A DNA stretch of 64,000 nt, from NCBI GenBank assembly GCA_040285825.1, contig JAUPSS010000007.1, forward strand, positions 210,501-274,500, written 5' to 3'. The stretch's first letter is position 1, and every line of letters begins with the position of its first letter. Positions 23,343-34,834 of this stretch are shown in pieces. The notes beneath the pieces were generated by a model. It did not search any database. It was not told the origin of the DNA and saw nothing but the letters and a program-made list of their open reading frames with translations. The position numbers and the translations under genes are program-made. Source of the stretch: Eukaryota sp. TZLM1-RC. Taxonomy: Eukaryota > Protista > Metamonada: BaSk clade.

Positions 23343-25606
23343 TTATTTTTGGCAAGGCTGGCCACAGAAAATAACATTCAAATACCTTTCAGCTGAATAC
23401 TGAATTATCCATGGAGACTGAGGCAATTTAACCAGATATTGATTCTCAAAAACTTGAACAGATTTAATTAAACCTGTATTAATAAGATTTGTAGGAAATA
23501 GCTCAGAATTTGCCAAACTTTGTTTATCAGGTTTAATCAATTAAAGGAATTTTAGCAAAGGAAAGTTTTGTTCAGTGATATTGGTGGGAAGACTCCAATG
23601 AATAACCAATTCCTTTAAGTTTGGTAATTGTATTTCAACACTAACAGAACTGAACAATTCTGCTTCCACTCTGACAATGGATTGAGGTATAGGTATTTGT
23701 CCTTCAAGTATTGCTCTATAAACACTATAAGATATGACTACCAACTCTTTTAATGATGTAAGATAGCTTAAATCAGTAACCTCAATAATGTCATGTATAA
23801 GCACTAACTTCACTAGTGAAGTGGGTAATTGTTCTACATTGAATCGATAATCAAGCTCCAGACACTTAAGTAATGATGAATGTGCCAAGTTAAAAAAGCT
23901 TCTACCAAATTTAGACCATCCACAAAGCTGAACAACCTCAAAAATTGGAAAAAATGACAATAATTGTGGATCATAATCAACACCATCATAGTAAACACCA
24001 AGTTTATTAATTCTAGTATTGGTTACTTTGGGACCATTGTAAGCAGTAGATAATCGTAATTGTAAATCACAAATATTTTCATTTGAATTCAAATCTAATT
24101 TTAATTCTAAGTTTGGAGGATCTTTTAGAAATTCAAAACAACTTACCACTTCTTTAGCAAATTTAGCCACTTTCTTGCTAATTAAACATTTGATATAGAA
24201 TCTGGCTTTTGTATAAGCATGGTGACCAAACAAGTATTTCAAATATTGTAAATATTCAAAGTAAATTTGAGAAATCAATCCACTAAACATTCTATCCAAA
24301 GGTTGTATCGGATATTGGAACCTTCCAACTACTTCTGAACCAAATACTTTGACAGGTTGTGGTCGATCAATCAAATCACCTGTACCTAATTGACCTCTAA
24401 AGTTCCTTCCCCAAGCCCAAACAGTGTTTTTGTTGTAGGCAAAAAGAAAGTCATGACCTACTGAAATACCTTCTATATTAGAGAAAGTTTCAAAATACAA
24501 CGGTTCTTGGATATCCTCATAAGCATTTGTTATTCCAAAGAAGATTCCCCATAAAAAAACTTTCTGACTATGATCAACAGCAGCATAAGTTTCAAACAAA
24601 AGATTAAATCCACTGAAAAATGAAACATTGGTTAAACCTAGAACTTTGGTGGGTTTATTATTGAAAGAGCCACCATCATCATCATTAAACAACCAAACAT
24701 CACCATTATTATCAATAACAAATAGTTTATCTTTCACCAATAATACAGCATTTTCCAATGGTGCTCTGGGAGTAATGTACTTGGTTACATCTATTTTAGT
24801 TGATTGATTCATATAACGAAATCCAATTTTAGTGTGTAAGAAGTCACCATTTGCAGAAATTTGCACAAATGAATCGCCAAACACAGAAATGAAAACAATA
24901 TTGTATCATTCTTGAATTAATTCAAATGGTTGATCATTTCCCCAAATAAGAAATTGGCCTTCTTGGGTCAAAGCAAATGAACAATTATCACCACTATAGA
25001 TTTCCTTAATGTTATAAGGAATGTTGATTAGTGTAATGGACAGTAATCTACTGGTTGAATTATTAATTTGATGGAGATTATTCGAACCCCAACCATATAA
25101 CTAACCTTCAGAAGAGAGGGCAAGTGAATGGTTACGGCCAACTGAAATGGATAAGATATTAGTTAAAGGTAGTTTGATTGGAAAATTGATTGAACTTGAT
25201 CCATTGTAAAGAACTTGGCCATAATCATTATACCCCCAAGCATAAACCTCACCAGAATAAGTGAGAATAACCCAAACCTACTGAAATGGAGTGAACCCCC
25301 ACTTCCCGATCGATCGGGGGAGACAAAAAGTGGGGAGAATGGGATGAGTCTTGACGGATGAGAGAGTGGTTACTTAAATCAAGAAGAGTCGCACCATGTT
25401 GGAGCAGAGGCATTGACGCTATTCTTTGATTGAAGAATAGTAGGAGCATCGGGCAAAGAGATACGAGGAGGGTTTGTGTAATGTTGATAGTGACGTTCCA
25501 TTTGAGAACAAAAAGGTGTAGGACTATCACTACAGTGATGACAACCTTGATTGAGAGTCATTATTGCGTCAGAGATAGTAGTTGATAATAGTGTTGTCAA
25601 AAACAT
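23343..25606 (-). pseudogene. RCC1-repeat + C-terminal LRR/FNIP-like repeat protein pseudogene
   Basis: RCC1 repeats (VYAWGYNDYGQ, SVGRNHSLALSSEG*LYGWGSN, VWAWGRNFRGQLGTGDLIDRPQP) followed by LPTSLVKLVL and LPNLKELVI repeats. In-frame stops at ~25103 and ~24906; frameshift at ~23541. Confidence 0.8.
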
Positions 25607-25804
25607 TCAATTCAGTCTGTTTTAAAAGGGACGATAAAACGTCAATTTTGGTGTTTGGATACTTTTCTCTTCCCCTTCCCTTCTCTCTTCAATTACTCTA
25701 TAAATTTCTATCATCAACTTTCTACCATCAACTGGATTGGCTTCACCAGTTGTGAGCAGTGAGCAATGTTAGAAATTCCAACATTGCCCTATATTCTAAC
25801 TTAG

Positions 25805-26907
25805 TGATGCCGATAGGCAGATGAACACACGAAGGAGAGAGAGAAATCTGTTGTTTATTAATAAAACTGATTCATAAATGAGTATCACGTCATCAGTCGA
25901 AATACAAAAAAACCTACTAATTCAATTTGAGTTCAACAACAACACTACTTTTTCCCACTTTTCTGAGGACAAATACAGTACTGGCTCAATAGAGGGAAGA
26001 TATGGGGTTTGTTAAACTCTTTGGTGCATCGTTTGTGTGACACAAATAATTTACCTCATGTTTGATTTTAGATGGACAATCGCGGGAGATGTGTCCAGGC
26101 TTGTGGCACTTGAAGCACGATTGATTTTTTAAATCCTGAGAGCGCCAAGAGGACCTCGTTTTAGTGCCAGCCGTACGTTCCACATCATTCACTGAGGTTT
26201 TGAAACCACGAGTCCATGAAGCAACCCTAGAGCAGTCCAACAGCTCATCAGTAGTGGTTTCGACAAGAGAGTGAAGATCTGGGAATACATCATCTCGAAT
26301 TCTCGCTAGTAGAGAACGTTGAAGCCCTACGGGAAGAATTCCTCTGGCAAATCGATTCAGAAAAGCTGTGTCTGGTAACTTCAGTCCGGAAGCCCTACTC
26401 TTTACCTGGAGGAAACGTCGCAGGTAACAGGACATACGTTCTCGGACGTCACCAATACGGACATCAAGCTTCAGTTCTGACATAGCCAGACTAAAATCTT
26501 CGTACGTGGCGAACGATACGACAGATTGAAGATGTCTAAGAAGAACATCGTCACTGGAAGAGACGTCGGATTTCTGGAGAGATAGGGACTCTAACAGAAA
26601 AGAATCGACCAAGAGTCTTGCTGGAACAAGCTCTTTCTTAGAAGTCACAGAAGAATAGATCTTCCACTCTTGTAGGAACAAGAGAACACTTTCAACTTTC
26701 ATGGAAGAAAGAGACGGGAGGTTGACAGAAGGAACAGTCATCTGAAATAAGAAGGGCCAATAATTATTGATGCCGTTAGGCAGATGAACACACGAAGGAG
26801 AGAGAGAAATCTGTTGTTTATTAATAAAACTGATTCATAAATGAGTATCACGTCATCAGTCGAAATACAAAGAAACCTACTAATTCAATTTGAGTTCAAC
26901 AACAACA
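25805..26907 (-). mobile_element. Gag-only LTR retroelement (1103 bp), non-autonomous
   Basis: 140-bp LTRs at 25805-25944 and 26768-26907 with TG...CA ends, differing at only ~2 positions. 4-bp TSD TTAG (25801-04 / 26908-11). Polypurine tract GTGGGAAAAAGTAG abuts the 3' LTR. Confidence 0.93.
25986..26741 (-). CDS. gag: Retrotransposon Gag with CCHC zinc knuckle
   Basis: CFKCHKPGHISRDC knuckle; capsid-like YLRRFLQV...LNRFARGIL; lies between the LTRs. Confidence 0.9.
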   Translation of the reverse strand: MTVPSVNLPSLSSMKVESVLLFLQEWKIYSSVTSKKELVPARLLVDSFLLESLSLQKSDVSSSDDVLLRHLQSVVSFATYEDFSLAMSELKLDVRIGDVRERMSCYLRRFLQVKSRASGLKLPDTAFLNRFARGILPVGLQRSLLARIRDDVFPDLHSLVETTTDELLDCSRVASWTRGFKTSVNDVERTAGTKTRSSWRSQDLKNQSCFKCHKPGHISRDCPSKIKHEVNYLCHTNDAPKSLTNPISSLY

Positions 26908-28493
26908 TTAGAATTCGAAAACTAGTTCGGCGTACGTTCGGAATTCTGGCATTGGCGGTAAGTAAATCAATGCCATTATATCAACACCAAGAACAGATTT
27001 GCATTAAAAAAGACTTTAAAAGAATGTTTGAAATTATTGGGAGTTCACCAACAGTTTCACCAGGTGGCTGTCATTTGAAATATTGCAGTAATCTCATTAA
27101 TAAATAAACTCTACAATTGAAGAAAAAAACAATTCCTCATGCAAAAATAATAATTGAAAGTATGTATTTAACTTACAAATTCTTCAAGCGAGTGAACATC
27201 ATCTATTTCAAAACATGTTGAGGGTTATTCCCCAATTTCTATCAATTCAATGGGTTCACATTGATCTCATCTGAATGAAGAGCGTTATTAGGAATCTATG
27301 GAGTTTAAACTTGCAAGATGGTGGTCTAGTGAATTTCCACAACTAAAACATTCCACCACAGGATTCTTCTGACAATGGATTTAACCATCACAAAGAAACT
27401 AACTTTCCAGCTAACAAGACATTAGAGTTCATTGTAGCAATAATGTGAACACATTATACTGGTTTTGGTGCATTTGATCACACCTCAAGCAACCAAGAAT
27501 CAGTTGGTAAGTTTTCACAGAAGTCCCAAGATCTGTTGTTTGTTTCAACAAAATAATTGTGCAGTGATTCATTTAGCCATGATGTAAGCGAATGGATTAA
27601 AGATGTTCCAGATTAGAACTGAGTTGCATGTTATAGGTGAAGCCCGTCATGTCTAACGACGGTCAAAACAGGAAACAAGACAAAATTGTAAACTAAAAAC
27701 GATGTAAAAGTGATCTTGGATGGGTATACCATTTGGGAATTGGGTGTACCAGACGCAACTAAAAACATTATATTTATGTAAGTGAATGAAATGTGTGATC
27801 GGTTTTATATACTGCACATTGTATTTGATCCATGATCCTACACTCAGTAGAGTCCCCGAAAAGACATTCTGTTTCGACTTTTAATATATTAAAATATTAC
27901 ATTATTCAAAAATCTTTATTGTGTTAAATTGTTAATGCTTCAACATCTAGTACTTTTGTACAATGATGAGTCGTCGACTTCTGCAGCTCTTTAGAATTAT
28001 CCGGGCGTGGAAAAGACAAAATATTTTGTATACTTATGTGATTTAAACGTAAGATAACGGGTTTGCAAATAGTTAATACATCACACTCTTCCTCCACAGT
28101 TTGATTGCACACTTGGGACAATCTGGGATGACTAGATGAGGCTTAACCTCGTTAGCAGGGGTACATGCAGTAACGATGATTATTGAATGTAAGTTTGTGG
28201 GTCTTTATATGGGATGTTGAACCAGAGAATCTTGGAATGAATGCGTTTTGGGAGGATTAATACGAACATGATACACTGTTGGTATTTTGGAAGAAGTATA
28301 TAGCTTTTTAAATGACATTGATTTTACTGTGAGTGAAATGAAATTTAAGGATCTAGGGTGATATTCACATCTATTTGAGATGAAATGCCCAGTCTGAAAT
28401 TCTGAAATTCACTGTCCTTATTGATTTGGTATATGTCAATCAATTTGATCCAAAGATTGGTCGATCAGTCGAAACATCTAACATCATTCAAGA

Positions 28494-29513
28494 ATGTCGA
28501 CTTATAGAGTGATCAACCTCTTTCGTATCTCAAGATGTGCACCCATCTCTGATTTGTGGGCTAATGACTCCTTTGACTTCACCATCATTCATGGAGAGGA
28601 AAGAATTCCCGTCCATGAACGAGTTCTTGTTATTTGGTCTAAAGTCTTTCGCGGCTGGTTCCAGCATAGTGTAAAGGAATCGGACAAGCGTGAGGCAGAT
28701 CTATCAGAACATTCCTATTCAACAGACAGTCTACTTACCTTCCTAAAACTACTTTATTGTCAACAAGTGGTACTTGATGATGACAACGTTCTGATGGTTT
28801 ATAGATGGGCGCACTATTTCAATGTTGATGTTGTCATGGACAAGTGCGTAGCAATGATGAAGCAACTCTGGGTTAAGTCGGCAGAATGGGGAAGAGCTTT
28901 CATCCAGACTGTTATTGAAAATGATGATCATGATTTGATCGTCGCTGTTCATAAGAAAGAGCCATCTCAGCGACTTGCTGACACCCTTCCTGCTTTGTTA
29001 CTCGATTTGACAGATGAAATTCAATACCCACATGTTGCAGTAAAGTTTGTAGGGTCAACGGACGATCATGTTATGGACGATGGCAAATTCTATGTCAAGA
29101 TGTCCAAGCACTGTATTTACGGTTCAATTAAGCCTGCTTGGAGGTGCTTTGGCATCGTACAATTTAAATTTTGCATTGATATGATGCAAGGAAACGTTGC
29201 TTTGAGATTTACTGAGAACCAACCTCCACAACCACTTCAAAAAAGTTTTTCACTTTTTGGAACAGGACGCTCACACTCATTCCCAGATGCTTGCGAAACT
29301 GATATCACCCTCGTTTCCCTACAACATCCAGATTTCAATCAAGACAATTCAATAATATCTGATGAAAAGGACATTATTGCTGTGAAGGTTGTTTTTTATC
29401 AATTAACCATCAGTAATGTTAGAACGAAGCAAACTGAAACACGTTTTCGAACAGAATCAGGCATATTAGATTTCTGTCTCATTGGCTGCACTGTTCTTCG
29501 ACTTTTGGTTTGA
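28494..29513 (+). CDS. BTB/POZ domain protein
   Basis: SFDFTIIHGEERIPVHERVLVIWSKVFRGWF...FLKLLYC...AHYFNV...C is a canonical BTB pattern. Confidence 0.88.
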   Translation: MSTYRVINLFRISRCAPISDLWANDSFDFTIIHGEERIPVHERVLVIWSKVFRGWFQHSVKESDKREADLSEHSYSTDSLLTFLKLLYCQQVVLDDDNVLMVYRWAHYFNVDVVMDKCVAMMKQLWVKSAEWGRAFIQTVIENDDHDLIVAVHKKEPSQRLADTLPALLLDLTDEIQYPHVAVKFVGSTDDHVMDDGKFYVKMSKHCIYGSIKPAWRCFGIVQFKFCIDMMQGNVALRFTENQPPQPLQKSFSLFGTGRSHSFPDACETDITLVSLQHPDFNQDNSIISDEKDIIAVKVVFYQLTISNVRTKQTETRFRTESGILDFCLIGCTVLRLLV

Positions 29514-29998
29514 TTATTCAGGATGAACCTAGAACTTCATCATTTTGAAAATAAGCGAGAGTATTGCTGTTGGTGATGATAAAGAATATATTCTGCCATC
29601 CTTATATTGCATGATATGGTATGACAAGACAAAATGAAAGTGTTTTTGTCTTAATTTTCCTCGAAATGCGATGGTTTCATTATATAATAATAATAAACAA
29701 AATTTAGTTGAGATTTGCTAGATGTGATGGTTTCTAAATAATATATTACTATCATCTAGATAATTTTTTGAAAAACAGCTTCATATGTGAAACACTGTAA
29801 AGCCATTTGGTAATGAATTCGTTTCGATTCATTGAATATTGAAACAAATTGACTTATCAAGTCTAAGTTTATCTTTAGAGTAAAACAAAACAGGTTTTTA
29901 CGAAAGCTATCTCTATAAGAAAACAAACCGACAGATTTATTTCTAAAGGATAACAAAACCTAAAAGACACTGTACAAAAAGATATACAAATCTTCCAC

Positions 29999-30355
29999 TT
30001 ACTCCTTAATATGGGCCAAGAAACCATATGGACTTCTGAAAGCAATGCTACATCTAGGTTCACAGGAGACTTTGAAAGGAGAAACAAGAGACCATCTAAT
30101 GGTGACTGGAGCCTGTTGTCTACATTCTTTGAAGGAATACCTGATCATGCCAGTATCTGCGTTGAAGGAGACTTGTGCTCGACCGTCTGGAAGAAGAACT
30201 GTAGGAGGAGGTTGTTCCCAGTGACCTGAGATTTCTGTACCGTTAAGACGAGCAGTACAGGCAAGGTTAACTATTTTAATACCATTGGTGGCAGTGCAAG
30301 TGTAGACCAATAGAAGAAGGGCAATGACTTTGAAGAATTGATGGTTGCTTGTCAT
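29999..30355 (-). CDS. Small secreted beta-rich protein, aegerolysin/Cry34-like pattern
   Basis: Signal peptide (KVIALLLLVYTCTA). Mature part follows I.N...L...G.W...PP..+.P...F...G.+.Y...VT+.W. Intact 118-aa ORF. Confidence 0.5.
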   Translation of the reverse strand: MTSNHQFFKVIALLLLVYTCTATNGIKIVNLACTARLNGTEISGHWEQPPPTVLLPDGRAQVSFNADTGMIRYSFKECRQQAPVTIRWSLVSPFKVSCEPRCSIAFRSPYGFLAHIKE

Positions 30356-30918
30356 TGAGAAATGGATAAATCAATTATTAAAATTGATTGTAATATTGTA
30401 AATACTGTTTGCTCAAATCATTCATTCACCAAAGTCAGCGTTATTGTGTTGGAGCTGCGTATAATTATCGTAAAATAGATGAATGTGTGGGTTGAATCTA
30501 CAATGAGGACATTAATAAGGGCATTGCGATACTTTTTTAAGTGAAGCAACCTCGAAATTGAAGATGCATTAATGGTGTTCAGCAATCCGTTGAGTTAATC
30601 AAATGTTCTGAGCAATATTTTCGCTTACTAAACAAAAGCATACACAAAAGAATGAACGCAAATTTGACTATAACAAATTACCTAGCTTGTTCAAAGTTTT
30701 CTTCTCGCAATGTTGTTGATAATTTAGTCAATGCGTAAGTATTATTCTTATCAAAAAACATTATTTCTAACACACAGCCACTTGATGCAGCAATTATAGT
30801 TGTTTACAAAAGTTTCCATTCAAGTCAGTGTTTAAGAATGTTGACACCGATAATTGAAGAATATTTGTGGTGAATCAGATGGTTTGTTGAGTGAAAATAT
30901 CACCTTCACCAATCTCTG

Positions 30919-32968
30919 ATGAGTCTCTTTGAGTGTGGTATATGCCTCAAAACAATGGAAGAACCTACAACCCTTCCATGTGGACATAGCTTCTGTCGAA
31001 CCAAATGTCTCTCTAAATGGCTGAAATCCAACTCTACATGTCCCTCGTGCCGCAACGACGTACCCCAGCGGGCTCTCTGCATCAACATAGCCCTTTTCGA
31101 GGCGATCGATGCTCTCAACCAATAACCAAAGGAATCGCATGTTTGCAGTAACTGTCACGAATCCGATGCCACTCTCTTTTGCGCACATTGTGACGGTACC
31201 TTCTGTCAACATTGCTCTGCTCAAGTGCATCAGATGCCATTTTTCAAGAACCACAACATCGTCCCTCTCGAACAGAAAGCCTCCCTCACCACCGTCAAGT
31301 GTCCTCGCCATAAAACAAAGGTCCCTTGAATACTTTTGTTCCCAGTGCAAGGTTGCAATCTGCGATTCTTGTGGTCTCTTAGAAGGCCACGCTGCCCACA
31401 ACAAATGTTTGCTTCCTCTCCCAGATGCCAAAGAATCCGTGAATGATGAGGTCAAGGCATTGCAGCAAGGGTTGAGTACATGTACTCTAAGCTTGGCTGA
31501 ACCAACTGAAAAAGTAGACCAAGTTGTAAAGGAAACACTTTCTACAGGGCAATCAATTTTGAATGATTTGATTGCTGATCTGATTAGGCAGTCAGCAACT
31601 TTAATCAATCAAATTGATTGTGGAGAGGCTTTTGATGAAAATCTCTCAATTAATAGCAATTTAAAGGACCAAGGTATTGAATGTGTTGGAAATGCTATGA
31701 ATATTTTGCAGGAATACCAAAATATTTGGTTACAATCCTTTGAAAATGTCGAAAATTTCACCAAAAATTTCAAAATGAGCTTATTGAAAAAATTGCTCAA
31801 CAAAGATTTGGTAGATGTCTGCAGCTTGAATATTTCGAGAAGAGCTCAGGATGTCCTTATGGCAGTTCAAATGGATGCAACTTGTACCATCAATAGACAA
31901 ATAGTTGAGGAAATTCTTTCTTGTGAAATTTCTGCTGATTTAAAATCAAAAACCATTTCTTTATTTATAACTCAATCTAGGGTAATTAAATCAAATGATT
32001 TTATTTGGCTTCTACAACTTTCTGATTTGGTCAACATTGACGAATTCAAATCTATTTCCAACAAAATTGATTTTGGTGAATTAAATCAAGAAGCATTTAC
32101 CATTATTTTAAATTTTGGAATTAACCACTCATTTACTGAATTGATAGCCAACGTTATTGACAATTACCAATTCCAATCATTACCAGAAGTCGTTGAAATT
32201 CCTGTCGATTTCCTTTCTAATTTGACCCTTTCTAATGTTGTTAATGGTAACAAGGAAGTTTGGTTGGAGAAGGTATTAAAGGTTAGTTGTAATCAAGGTA
32301 ATATTAGGGAAGTTTCTAAAAGGTTATTGGGAAGAGAAGTTTGTTTTAGGCTTAATGTTGGGGTTTATTGTTTCCCCGATGATTTTTTAAATGATCTTGT
32401 TTCCAAGCTAAGAAGAGGATTTAATCAAAATTGGAATCACGTTGAGATTTCAATTAACCAAGGCCTACGAGTAAACAATTTCAATGAATTAAGTGCTTTT
32501 GATGTTGTTGTTGTGGAGACTTATGGAATGAAATGGCCAGCTTCTTTTCTTAATCAAATACTTGAATCAGGAAAGGGTTTGGTTTTGTTTCATTCTAATC
32601 CAGCAAATGGTTTTAATTACTCTTGTTTTGAGGGGGGTAGTCATAGTTGGTATCAATCACCATCAACAAAAGGTTACGCCACCATGACTCCAACACTCCC
32701 TAATGATCCTTTATTAACAAATGTAAGCTCTTTTTCCTCAAATTGGGGTAGAATCAACACCAAGCTCACTAGTGGAACTTTGGTTGCTACTATTCATAAT
32801 GGTACCCCTTTAATTGCCAAGAAAGTTGTTGGTAGTGGCAGATTAGTGGAATTTGGGTGCCTTTCATTTAGCAGTGGCAGTAATCCAGGCGGTCCAAATT
32901 GGAATTCCTCAACTGATGGTCATTTATTAATAGCTAATGTTGTTGCTTGGTGTGGTAATTGTGTTTAG
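30919..32968 (+). pseudogene. Paralogue of the TRIM-like gene at 5363-7408, disrupted
   Basis: AAA>TAA nonsense at 31123-31125 and a +1 frameshift at ~31320 (aag g tcc ctt gaa); otherwise colinear with copy 1. Confidence 0.88.
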
Positions 32969-34834
32969 GTTTAAATAAATTTATTTGGATTATTATTGAA
33001 AATTATTGCTCTTGTACCATAAATTCTTTTATCCCTTCTTACCTGTAATTCTTTATTATCTTTAATGCATTTTCTCTCCTCTTTTGTCCATCTCACCAAT
33101 TTGATAACTTTTCCTTATTACAAAAGATCAGCAAAACAATAAATAATTTTAATTAGTAATTGTAGTGTTACAACCAAAAAATAAAATTTGCATTTATTCC
33201 CAAAACAGACATTTTTTAAAATTCAACCACAAACCTTAACTAATGCTTTTACCTACTCAAACCCCATCAATTGAATGACGGGAGGTTTTCGCTATTCACT
33301 TGTATAGCAACTCGCTTGTTATAAATCTCCGTAAAGTTATTCAAAATTGATTGAATATAACGAGGAACAGCTTTGAATAACGAAAATACCATTCTGTTAT
33401 TCCAAATCAAAAAGATCGAATGATGACTTGTTTACCAGATTTTCTTTATCCATTGTTCAATGGTGAATCAAAGTTCAATGGTTTAAATGTTACAACACGA
33501 TATAAAGTAGCACAATTATGGAAAAATCGAATGAAAAATAATAATTTTTGGTTAGTAAATAATTGGCAAAATTCTTGTTGTATATATTACTAAAACAAAA
33601 TTGTTCAATGTGGATTATGATTTTACTAGGTTTTGTTGATTCTTTTCTTGTTGAGGCTATATGTACCATTCTGCGATTTGTTTCAGCGTCTGTATTTGAG
33701 AGATGCCCTTCACTAAAAAAGCATCAAACAATCTTAAAATAAGTTGAAATTAATTTTCACTCACTGTACAATTGGAGAACTCGAATGTATTCCTTCCTTT
33801 TGAGATATCTTTGAGGTCGTCACGAAAATTAGGCAAACAATGACATTGAGAATAAGGAAGAGGCAATGTTGTCTTGATTGTGGGCAAAATTCAGGAAAGG
33901 ATGTCTTAATCAAAGCTTTGAAATCAGATGTGGTGAATATGATATGATTTTTGATTAGGGCTTCTATCGAATTAATGATCAATTTAGCTGTGTTGTATTA
34001 GAAGACAATTCGTTCAATTACATTCTGCATAATTTCAGGAATTCTATGTGGGTCCAGCTTGCATTTGGGTTGTAACAGTATTTTGAAGGTTTGTATATCT
34101 ATTGATGTAAGCCTATTCTTGGTTTTAAGAGTTGCCATTTTAATTCACATGTGAAGCACATGTTTTGTATTTGTGATACCATATAGAACAAGTTTCACAC
34201 AACATGGGAAATACTGTTATTTTGAAAAACACTTTATCACATTAACAGTGCAACCACATTGCATTTATCAAAATTGAAAATAACCAAAATAAAAAAATAA
34301 CAAAAAATGAATGATCACTTGTTTTTGAGAGATTCTAATGCTGAATTGAATTTAAACAGTGTAAATGTTGCAACACCATAAGTAGCACATTGATGGAACA
34401 AACAAAATAATAAAAGCAAATAAATGGTCCATTTACCATTTGCAATGATTTATACCATTCTTGTTAATGTTTACATAAAATTATGCGCTGTGGAGAATCT
34501 ATTTTAATAGTTGAAACAAGTCCTTGATTACATTTTGGTTGAACTGTACCTTAAAAGTGATATTTTCATCATTCAGAAACTCGGCACAATTCCAATTTTC
34601 CACAAAATGTTTATTATCTATTTTTGAGAATTTCATGTATTTGTGCACTATTGAATTTATTATTTCTTATTATTACAAAACTATTTTAAAGTTTTTTTCT
34701 ATTTTCATATATTCATCCCATGAACAAAGGCATCAAAGCTTTCAAAACAGTCAGTAAACAATAAACATAAAAAAGAAATACAATTTATTTGTACATCAAC
34801 AATACAGTTAACAACCCCCTAACCAATCAATCAA

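Noticed and set aside
32340-32968. Diversity-generating retroelement as the cause of the TRIM C-terminal variability
   Set aside because: Differences are not adenine-restricted (e.g. TAT CTT vs TTC CCC; TGG vs TAT) and include an indel. No template repeat or RT was seen.
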